From positions 1 to 46,811 of the forward strand of contig JALVKL010000259.1 in the NCBI GenBank assembly GCA_027033775.1: a stretch of 46,811 nt of DNA, written 5' to 3'. The stretch comes from a bacterium (GTDB taxonomy: Bacteria; Thermosulfidibacterota; Thermosulfidibacteria; Thermosulfidibacterales; Thermosulfidibacteraceae). Below are positions 19,306-26,572 of the stretch, piece by piece (the stretch's first letter is position 1; each line of letters starts with the position of its first letter). Made by a program: the position numbers and the translations under genes. The notes beneath the pieces were generated by a model, which saw nothing but the letters and a program-made list of their open reading frames with translations, had not been told where the DNA came from and ran no database searches.

Positions 19306-20457
19306 ATGGATGATGTGAGGTTTACTATAGATGTTGAAGATGATGGTCTTTGCCCAGCAGTTATTAAGGTTATAGGTGTGGGTGGTGCTGGGTGTAACGC
19401 TCTGAATAATATGGTGGAACATGGGATTGTAGGGGTTGAGTTAATAGCTGTTAATACCGATATTCAGTCTCTGAAGAGGTGTGCAGGTGGTATTACAACC
19501 CTTCAGATAGGAGAAAAACTTACCAAAGGATTAGGGGCAGGAGGGGATCCTGAGCTTGGGAGAAGGGCTGCCTTAGAGGATGAGGGGAAGATAATAGAAT
19601 GCCTTGAAGGGGCGGATATGGTATTTATTACAGCTGGTATGGGCGGTGGAACCGGAACTGGAGCTTCTCCAGTTATAGCGAAGATAGCCAAAGAGATGGG
19701 AATCCTCACGGTAGGGGTAGTTACAAAACCTTTCTCCATTGAGGGAAAAAGGAGGATGAAGGTTGCCCTTGAGGGAGTTAATGAGCTTTCAGAGCTTGTG
19801 GATGCTCTTATAGTTATACCAAATGATAAGCTGAAGGATGTAATGGGAGGAGATATTCCCGTTGTTGATGCTTTCAAAAGGGCAGATGATGTATTGAGAC
19901 AGGGGGTTCAAGGTATAACGGACATAATCTATAAACCAGGCTATATAAATACAGATTTTAATGACATAAGGGCTATAATGGTAAACAGGGGCATGGCAGT
20001 GATGGGAATTGGAGAGGCTGAGGGCGAAGGCAGAGCTGAGGAGGCTGCTAAACTGGCGGTCTTTAATCCACTGGTAGAGAACGGCACTATTTCAGGAGCA
20101 AGGGGTGTTCTTTTGAATGTTACTGGGGATAGAAGTGTCTCAATAGCTGAACTTGAGCAGGTTGCCACTATAGTGAACGATATCTGCTGCGAGGATGCGG
20201 ATATTATCTCAGGACTTGTGGTGGATGATAATATGGATGGCAGAATAAGGGTCACTGTTATTGCCACTGGGTTTGAAAGCGAAAGACAATTTTCCGCTAA
20301 ACAGAGGGTGGATGAAAAGACCTTTGAGGTTATAGTAAATGATACCATGGAGAATTCCCGAGTTTCTGGGGGAGTGAGGGAGAAAGAGCTTGGGTTTGAT
20401 ACAGATTTTGAACTTCCAGGTATGCTGAAGAAATTTATCTTGGGTTCTGATGGTTGA
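19306..20457 (+). CDS. ftsZ: Cell division GTPase FtsZ
   Basis: [17 protein letters not shown], tubulin signature [13 protein letters not shown], and C-terminal peptide-like [12 protein letters not shown] 19306 has GAGG 6 nt upstream. The ORF-track GTG at 19294 overlaps the ddl stop. Confidence 0.96.
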   Translation: MDDVRFTIDVEDDGLCPAVIKVIGVGGAGCNALNNMVEHGIVGVELIAVNTDIQSLKRCAGGITTLQIGEKLTKGLGAGGDPELGRRAALEDEGKIIECLEGADMVFITAGMGGGTGTGASPVIAKIAKEMGILTVGVVTKPFSIEGKRRMKVALEGVNELSELVDALIVIPNDKLKDVMGGDIPVVDAFKRADDVLRQGVQGITDIIYKPGYINTDFNDIRAIMVNRGMAVMGIGEAEGEGRAEEAAKLAVFNPLVENGTISGARGVLLNVTGDRSVSIAELEQVATIVNDICCEDADIISGLVVDDNMDGRIRVTVIATGFESERQFSAKQRVDEKTFEVIVNDTMENSRVSGGVREKELGFDTDFELPGMLKKFILGSDG

Positions 20458-22001
20458 TATCCCGTAAGGTCCTTAACAAATGGAGATATTACAGATCCTT
20501 TGAGGAGGTTAGATTATCCCCTTCAAAAGCATGGGAGATTTCTGTGCTTTTAATTTTTCCCAATGTCTATTCTGTTGGTATCTCCAATTTGGGATTTCAG
20601 ACAGTCTATCGTATACTCAATGAGATGAAAGGGGTTTCTTGTGATCTTTTATACCTTCCCGATGATGAAGATATAAAAGATTGTGAGTCAGGCTTTGAGC
20701 TTCCCTCTTTCTATTTGGAGAGAACCCCTTTGGAGTTTGATATGATTCTTTTTAGTATAAGCTTTGAGAATGATTTGTTGAATATATTTAAGTTATTAAG
20801 GTATATGGGAATCCCTTTAATTTCAGAGGATAGAGATGAATCCTTTCCTGTGTTGGGTGCAGGCGGTATAGTTCCTTCTTCAAATCCTGAGCCATTTGCT
20901 CCTTTTTTTGATTTTTTTGTGCTGGGAGATGCTGAAGGAGTTATGGAAAAGATAATTGATGTTTTTTTATCTTCAGATAGCAAAAGGGATTTTATTGAAA
21001 ATCTTGCTCCTTTTGATTTTGTGTATGTTCCTGCCTTTTATAGTGTAAGGCGAGAAGGGCTTTTCTATATTCCTTTTCCTTCTAAAAAAGGGACTTCCTA
21101 TCCCCTTTTAAGAAACTTGAACAAAGATTTTATAAATAAAGGCAACATCTCTTGTATTGTATCGCCTTTTTCAGTCTTTGGTAAAGCGGACATTGTAGAG
21201 GTATCAAGGGGGTGTCCTAAAAGGTGCTTTTTTTGTCTTTCTTCCTTTGTCTATAGGCCTGTAAGGTTTGTTAAAAACAGTGTCATTGAAGATATGGTTT
21301 CAAAAAGTCCTTACAAAAAAATAGGTTTTCTGGGCACTTCTGTTTCAGAGCACAGAGGGCTTGTGAGTATTATAAAAGCTTTTTCAGGGGAAAAGGTTTT
21401 TACATTTTCGTCTATTAGAATTGATGCCCATGAAACTTTTATAGAAGCTATTAAGGATTCTGGAAGCAAAAGTATAACTTTCGGTATAGAAGCCCCCTCT
21501 TTTTCTCTGCGTAAAAAGATAGGAAAACTTATACCTGATAATCTGATCTTTGAAAGACTTTCATATGTAAGTGCCTTTTTTGATACAGTGAAGCTTTACT
21601 TTATGATAGGTCTTCCAGGGGAGAGGGATGAGGATATAGAAGCTTTTGAGGATTTTTTAAAGAATGTTTCTGGTGTAATGAAGGCGAATCTTACTTTAAG
21701 CATTTCTCCTTTTGTGCCAAAGCCTTTTACTCCTTTTGAAAGAGAGGGTTTCTGTGGATTGTCCACTATTAAAAGAAGACTAAAGAGATTAAAAGTCATA
21801 GTGTCAAAGTTTAAAAGGGTAAGAATCACCTATGATCTTCCCAAATGGGCAAAGCTGCAAGCTCTGATATCCAGAGGGGATAGAAGGGTGGGACTTTATC
21901 TTGCAGGATACACGAAAGATTTAAAGCAGGAGATCTTCTTATCTCCCATTCCCTCTGCTGAGGCTCTCCCATGGAGAATAATTGATACCCATTTTCCTTA
22001 G
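20454..22001 (+). CDS. Radical SAM protein with B12-binding-like N-terminal domain (resembles the uncharacterised TIGR03960 family)
   Basis: 515 aa. The TTG start overlaps the ftsZ TGA (gTTGA). N-terminal LLIFPNVYSVGISNLGFQTVYRILNE, CxxxCxxC cluster motif SRGCPKRCFFC, and C-terminal LPWRIID. Confidence 0.8.
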   Translation: MISRKVLNKWRYYRSFEEVRLSPSKAWEISVLLIFPNVYSVGISNLGFQTVYRILNEMKGVSCDLLYLPDDEDIKDCESGFELPSFYLERTPLEFDMILFSISFENDLLNIFKLLRYMGIPLISEDRDESFPVLGAGGIVPSSNPEPFAPFFDFFVLGDAEGVMEKIIDVFLSSDSKRDFIENLAPFDFVYVPAFYSVRREGLFYIPFPSKKGTSYPLLRNLNKDFINKGNISCIVSPFSVFGKADIVEVSRGCPKRCFFCLSSFVYRPVRFVKNSVIEDMVSKSPYKKIGFLGTSVSEHRGLVSIIKAFSGEKVFTFSSIRIDAHETFIEAIKDSGSKSITFGIEAPSFSLRKKIGKLIPDNLIFERLSYVSAFFDTVKLYFMIGLPGERDEDIEAFEDFLKNVSGVMKANLTLSISPFVPKPFTPFEREGFCGLSTIKRRLKRLKVIVSKFKRVRITYDLPKWAKLQALISRGDRRVGLYLAGYTKDLKQEIFLSPIPSAEALPWRIIDTHFP

Positions 22002-22664
22002 CAGTTTTTCCAGTTGAGGCAGTTTGTTTTCTTCTATTTCGCAGACAAATGCCTTTTTTATTTTTGTCTTTTCAATTTTTTGAATAGAAGGTTTGTAGCC
22101 GTGTTTTATTAAAAATTTTATAGCTTCTTTTACATTCTCTTCGTTAGAATAGGAACCAGCTATGACAAGCCATAAGTTTTCTTCTTTTATCATCCATGGA
22201 TCTAAAGAAGGATCTTCTTCTTTCAATTTTTTGGCAATTATATGAGCTGTTCTTTTGTTTTTGGTTTTGAAGGCTATAATTCTGTTAAAAATTATGGTTT
22301 TTTTGATTTGTTTTTCTTTTACATTTTTACACAGTTTTTTAAAGATTTCTTCAGGTTCAGAGTATATGAGTATTTTTATAAGTTTTGGTGGTTCATTTTT
22401 ATTTTCAGTTTTGTTTTCGCTTTCTTTTTCTGTTTTTATAGGTTCGGCCTTTGGTGTAATCTCTTTGAATTCTGCTATCTTTATAACCTCAATATTGTTT
22501 TTCTTTTTAAAAGCCAGCTTCTTGCCTAAGGTATAACCTCCCACAGGAAGGATAATGATGAATATCACAAATGCAATAAAGACAGGATTCCACTTAGGTT
22601 TATTCAGTTTGTTTATGAGTTCTACAAGTTTGTTTTCCTGAAGATCTATCTTAATGGGTTTCAA
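21939..22664 (-). CDS. Single-pass membrane protein with Lys/Glu-rich linker and SPOR-like C-terminal domain
   Basis: 241 aa. The TTG start overlaps the EF-G-paralogue TGA (TTGA). TM helix WNPVFIAFVIFIIILPVGGY. C-terminal IIAFKTKNKRTAHIIAKKLKEE...LWLVIAGSYSNEENVKEAIKFLIKHGYKPSI fits the SPOR beta-alpha-beta pattern by eye. Confidence 0.5.
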   Translation of the reverse strand: MKPIKIDLQENKLVELINKLNKPKWNPVFIAFVIFIIILPVGGYTLGKKLAFKKKNNIEVIKIAEFKEITPKAEPIKTEKESENKTENKNEPPKLIKILIYSEPEEIFKKLCKNVKEKQIKKTIIFNRIIAFKTKNKRTAHIIAKKLKEEDPSLDPWMIKEENLWLVIAGSYSNEENVKEAIKFLIKHGYKPSIQKIEKTKIKKAFVCEIEENKLPQLEKLLRKMGINYSPWESLSRGNGR

Positions 22665-24736
22665 TCTTCTTCTTTCTTCTTTTGGGCTTCTTCAATGATG
22701 TCCTTGGCTATATGTGGAGGAACCTCTTCGTAATGGGAAAATTCCATACTGTATGTTCCTCTTCCACCCGTTAAAGATCTCAATTCAGGTGCATAGGTTA
22801 AGACTTCTGCCAAAGGCACCAAAGCCTTTATGACCTGGTTTTTCCCTTTAGCTTCCACTCCCAATATCTTTCCTCTTTTTGCATTAAGATCCCCTATCAC
22901 ATCTCCCACACAATCATCGGGTACAATAACTTCCATTTTCATAATAGGCTCTAATAGAACAGGATTGGCTTTAGATGCTCCTTCTTTAAAAGCTATAGAA
23001 CCTGCAATTTGAAAGGCAAGATCCGATGAATCAACGGGATGGTGTTTACCATCATAAAGAGTTACTTTGACATCAACTACAGGATACCCAGCCAATACAC
23101 CTTCTTCCATAGCCTTCCTGACCCCTTTTTCCACTGAGGGGATGTATTGTTTGGGCACAACTCCGCCCACTATGGCATCTACGAATTCAAATCCTTTTCC
23201 TCTTGGAAGGGGCTCTATTCTAAGCCATACCACTCCATACTGTCCTCTTCCACCACTCTGTTTAACATATCTTCCCTGAACTTCCGCTTTCCCCTTTATT
23301 GTCTCTTTATAAGGTACCTTAGGCGTTTGAAGCTCTACTTCCACTCCGTATTTCTTTTTAAGCTTACTCACCACAGTTTCTAAGTGAAGCTGTCCTAAAC
23401 CTGAAATCAAAAGTTCTTTGGTTTGAGGATCTCTCTTCACTTCCAATGACATATCCTCTTCTGTTAGTCTCTGAAGGGCAGTGGATATCTTTTCTTCGTC
23501 CGCTCTTGTTTTAGCTTTTATGGCGTATGACAATATAGGCGGAGGGAACTCAATTTCTGGCAATTTGATGGGGGCATCTATGGCACAAAGGGTGTCCCCG
23601 GTTTTTGTCTCTTTCAATTTGGGAATAGCCACAATATCGCCAGCTATCATTTCAGCAGCAGGTTTTTGTTCTTTGCCTATCATGAAGAAAGGCTTAGAGA
23701 GTTTTTCTTTAACGTCTCTGTTGGGATTTAAAACGGTGGTGTCAGGGCTTGCCTTTCCAGAGAATATTCTCACAAGGGATATCTTCCCAGCATAAGGATC
23801 CGATATTGTTTTGAAGACAAGGGCACAGAAGGGTTCGTCAATGGATGGTTTTCTCTCCTCTTCCTCTTGGGTTTCTGGATTTATACCTTTTACAGGAGGT
23901 CTTTCCTGTGGCGATGGAAGAAGCTCCACTATTTTGTCAAGAAGCAGGTCCACCCCTTTGTTCTCTAAAGCGGATCCTACCATAACAGGAAAGAGGCTTC
24001 CCTCTAAAATACTTTTTTTAAAGGCACTTATAAGCTCCTCTCTTGTTAACTCTTCTCCTTCTAAGTATTTCTCCAAGAGGGCATCATCTGTTTCTGCAAT
24101 ATTCTCTATTAAACCCTCTCTTAAGCTCTCTACTTCTTCCTTCATGTGTTCAGGGATTTCCCCTTCTTTGTATCCTTCATCTTCAAAATAGAGGGCTTTT
24201 CCTGCCAGAAGATTATAGATGCCCACAAATTTTTCATTCTCTATAATGGGTATCTGTATAGGGGTGGGTTTTATACCCAAGGTCTCTTTTATGTCTTTCA
24301 AAGCTTGTGAGAAGTTGGCATTACTTTTATCCATTTCATTTATAAAAATAATTCTTGGAAGTTTCAGGTTTTCCATCATCCCCCAAAGCTTTTCTGTTTG
24401 TACTTTTACTCCATCAACTCCAGAAACCAGAACCACAGCACCATCCACTACCCTTAAAGCACCATAGGTGTCTGAGATAAAATTGGCATATCCGGGGGTA
24501 TCTATAAGATTTATTTTATGTTTTTTCCATTCAAACTGAGCTATAGCCAAATTGAGAGAGCAGCCCCTCTCTTTTTCTTCTTCATCGTAATCCATAACCG
24601 TATTTCCATCTGCCACATTTCCCATTCTGCTTATAACTTTGGCATTAAAGAGCATAGCTTCAGCCAAAGTGGTTTTCCCTGTTCCCCCGTCTGAGAATAG
24701 CCCCACATTCCTGATATCTATAGACTTTTTTGCCAT
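22661..24736 (-). CDS. Elongation factor G paralogue (EF-G2/EFG-II-like) with non-canonical GTPase motifs
   Basis: 691 aa with all five EF-G domains recognisable. G1 reads SDGGTGKTT, switch I ERGCSL, G3 DTPGY (24488-24502) and G4 NEMD (24329-24340). G-rich SD upstream of ATG 24736. Confidence 0.88.
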   Translation of the reverse strand: MAKKSIDIRNVGLFSDGGTGKTTLAEAMLFNAKVISRMGNVADGNTVMDYDEEEKERGCSLNLAIAQFEWKKHKINLIDTPGYANFISDTYGALRVVDGAVVLVSGVDGVKVQTEKLWGMMENLKLPRIIFINEMDKSNANFSQALKDIKETLGIKPTPIQIPIIENEKFVGIYNLLAGKALYFEDEGYKEGEIPEHMKEEVESLREGLIENIAETDDALLEKYLEGEELTREELISAFKKSILEGSLFPVMVGSALENKGVDLLLDKIVELLPSPQERPPVKGINPETQEEEERKPSIDEPFCALVFKTISDPYAGKISLVRIFSGKASPDTTVLNPNRDVKEKLSKPFFMIGKEQKPAAEMIAGDIVAIPKLKETKTGDTLCAIDAPIKLPEIEFPPPILSYAIKAKTRADEEKISTALQRLTEEDMSLEVKRDPQTKELLISGLGQLHLETVVSKLKKKYGVEVELQTPKVPYKETIKGKAEVQGRYVKQSGGRGQYGVVWLRIEPLPRGKGFEFVDAIVGGVVPKQYIPSVEKGVRKAMEEGVLAGYPVVDVKVTLYDGKHHPVDSSDLAFQIAGSIAFKEGASKANPVLLEPIMKMEVIVPDDCVGDVIGDLNAKRGKILGVEAKGKNQVIKALVPLAEVLTYAPELRSLTGGRGTYSMEFSHYEEVPPHIAKDIIEEAQKKKEED

Positions 24737-24775
24737 ATTTCCCCCCAGATACAGTTTTGATTCAGATTTACTGCA

Positions 24776-24804
24776 AAATTAACAGATGACATCTGTTCAG
24801 TCAA
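24776..24804 (-). promoter_or_regulatory. Putative sigma70-type promoter of the EF-G paralogue operon
   Basis: On the minus strand: TTGACT (24799-24804), 17-nt spacer, TAATTT (24776-24781). This predicts a 5' UTR of roughly 35 nt. Confidence 0.35.
24781..24797. promoter_or_regulatory. Perfect 8-1-8 palindrome AACAGATG-A-CATCTGTT; candidate operator
   Basis: Read directly from the sequence. It lies almost entirely within the spacer of the predicted EF-G-paralogue promoter, in the divergent intergenic region shared with cfa. A 1-nt loop rules out an RNA hairpin. Confidence 0.4.
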
Positions 24805-24827
24805 CTTGTGATATTGGCTGTTCATAC

Positions 24828-24856
24828 TTGACACCACTTTCTCAAAAGAGAATTTT
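24828..24856 (+). promoter_or_regulatory. Putative sigma70-type promoter of the cfa-to-glyS gene train
   Basis: TTGACA (24828-24833), 17-nt spacer, AATTTT (24851-24856). Downstream SD AAGGA (24876-24880) sits 8 nt before ATG 24889. Confidence 0.3.
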
Positions 24857-24888
24857 AAACTTAGAAGGATTTGTTAAGGATTGTTGTT

Positions 24889-26226
24889 ATGGATGATGTA
24901 TCAAAAATCACATTGGATCTATTGGATTTGATGTTCAGGGATTTTGAATCACAGTTTGATTTTAGGCTGTGGAACGGAGAACAATATATTCCCCCATTGA
25001 TGAAAGATAGGAAAGCCACTGTTGTTATAAACAACCCTGCTGTTTTGGCCTGTGTTTTTGCTTTTCCTGTAGATTTGAAGCTTGGAGAGGCCTTTATATA
25101 CAAGGATATAGATGTAGAGGGAGACATATTCTCCATATTTCCAGCTGAAGCATACCTTACAAAAAGATACAAACATTTGGTGGCTAATCCCAAGTTTTGG
25201 TTTTATCTGGCTAAGTTGATGAGGCTGTGTAGAAGGGATTCTAAGTATATCTCCTCTTTTAGGGGCCCCGCTGTTCTTAAGGGAAGAAGGCATTCCATTG
25301 AAAGAGATAAAGCGGCTGTATCCTACCATTATAATCTTCCCTCTGAGTTTTACTCTTTGTATCTCGATCCTTTGATGAATTATTCTTGTGCTTATTTTAG
25401 GTCCTTTGAGGATGACCTTTACACAGCACAGCTCAATAAGTTGGAGCTTATATGCAGAAAGCTTAGGTTAAAAGAGGGGGAAAGGGTCCTTGATATAGGT
25501 TGTGGATGGGGCGGTTTTGTCCTCTATGCCGCTAAAAACTATAGAGTTAAGGTGCTTGGTATAACCCTGGCTGAGAATCAGGTTGAATATGCTAAAAGAA
25601 AGATAAAGGAGATGGGTTTAGAGCGTTTTGCGGAGGTGAGGTTACAGGATTACAGGGAACTTGAGGATGGCGAAGGTTTTGACAAGATAGTGAGCATAGG
25701 GATGTTTGAACATGTTGGAAAATCCATGCTTAAAACCTATTTTAAGAAGGCTTATCAGCTTTTAAAGCCTAAGGGGCTCTTTTTAAATCATGGTATAGCC
25801 GCAAAGTGGGGATTTTTTAGAACCCATTTGAGGAGATTCTTTTTTGTGGAAAGATATGTTTTTCCAGATGGACACCTTCTACCTATAAATTATACTCTCA
25901 AAGTCGCCGAAGATGTAGGTTTTGAGGTTAGAGATGTGGAATCTCTCAGGGAGCATTATGCTCTTACCCTTAGGCATTGGGTCAATAACCTTTCTAAAAA
26001 TAAGGAAAAAGCCTTGAAAGTAGTGGATGAGGTAACTTATAGAGTTTGGTATCTCTATATGGCAGGTGCTTCCTATGGTTTTGAAATAAATCAGCAGAGT
26101 GTTTTTCAGGTTTTGCTTGCAAAGAATGACAAAAATGGGAAAAATGATCTTCCACTCACCAGGGAAGATATATACTCTTCGTGGGGGCAGGGTTGGGGGG
26201 ACTTAAATATGGAGAAAAAGAGATAG
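24889..26226 (+). CDS. cfa: Cyclopropane-fatty-acyl-phospholipid synthase family SAM-dependent methyltransferase
   Basis: SAM motif [19 protein letters not shown] and CFA-synthase-like [28 protein letters not shown] 24889 is preferred over the ORF-track TTG 24871 because of the SD. Confidence 0.88.
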   Translation: MDDVSKITLDLLDLMFRDFESQFDFRLWNGEQYIPPLMKDRKATVVINNPAVLACVFAFPVDLKLGEAFIYKDIDVEGDIFSIFPAEAYLTKRYKHLVANPKFWFYLAKLMRLCRRDSKYISSFRGPAVLKGRRHSIERDKAAVSYHYNLPSEFYSLYLDPLMNYSCAYFRSFEDDLYTAQLNKLELICRKLRLKEGERVLDIGCGWGGFVLYAAKNYRVKVLGITLAENQVEYAKRKIKEMGLERFAEVRLQDYRELEDGEGFDKIVSIGMFEHVGKSMLKTYFKKAYQLLKPKGLFLNHGIAAKWGFFRTHLRRFFFVERYVFPDGHLLPINYTLKVAEDVGFEVRDVESLREHYALTLRHWVNNLSKNKEKALKVVDEVTYRVWYLYMAGASYGFEINQQSVFQVLLAKNDKNGKNDLPLTREDIYSSWGQGWGDLNMEKKR

Positions 26227-26567
26227 AGGAAGCCAAGCTGGAGGCTTGGCCTAATCCCTATCCAGAGAGGGATTATGTTATAGAAATCACATTCCCAGAG
26301 TTTACCTGTCTTTGTCCAAGATCAGGGTATCCTGATTTTGCCACTATAAAAATAAAGTATATACCGGATAAATACATAGTTGAGTTAAAGTCATTAAAGC
26401 TTTATCTCAACAAATACAGGAACACTTACATGTCTCACGAGGAAGCCACTAATCGCATTTTTAGCGATCTTAATGAATTGCTCAAGCCAAGGTTTCTTGA
26501 AGTAATAGGAGATTTTAACCCCAGGGGAAATGTAAAGACCATTATAAAAGTGAGTTCAAAGGAATAA
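26181..26567 (+). CDS. queF: NADPH-dependent 7-cyano-7-deazaguanine (preQ0) reductase, unimodular type
   Basis: [42 protein letters not shown] motif. There is no in-frame ATG, so the start is GTG 26181 or, more likely, TTG 26193 (preceded by a G-run). Both lie inside the cfa 3' end. Confidence 0.9.
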   Translation: MGAGLGGLKYGEKEIEEAKLEAWPNPYPERDYVIEITFPEFTCLCPRSGYPDFATIKIKYIPDKYIVELKSLKLYLNKYRNTYMSHEEATNRIFSDLNELLKPRFLEVIGDFNPRGNVKTIIKVSSKE

Positions 26568-26572
26568 AGATA

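Noticed and set aside
19503-20348. 124-aa and 135-aa minus-strand ORFs within ftsZ
   Set aside because: These are typical antisense open frames of Gly/Val/Asp-rich ftsZ. The translations are Ser/Thr/Pro/Ile low-complexity.
22242-22536. Two overlapping plus-strand ORFs (95 and 93 aa) with Phe-rich, membrane-like translations
   Set aside because: They are the reverse complement of the Lys/Glu-rich linker of the SPOR-like gene (AAA/GAA codons become TTT/TTC). This is a compositional artefact.
23481-24467. Several plus-strand ORFs (104, 126, 67, 82 aa) inside the EF-G paralogue
   Set aside because: Antisense shadow ORFs with low-complexity Ser-rich translations.
26150-26210. Possible preQ1 riboswitch or G-quadruplex (GGGGGCAGGGTTGGGGGG, 26183-26200) ahead of queF
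   Set aside because: The region is coding for the cfa C-terminus, and I could not fit a preQ1-I/II hairpin plus A-rich tail. There are only three G-tracts. The G-run is more simply the SD for a TTG 26193 start.
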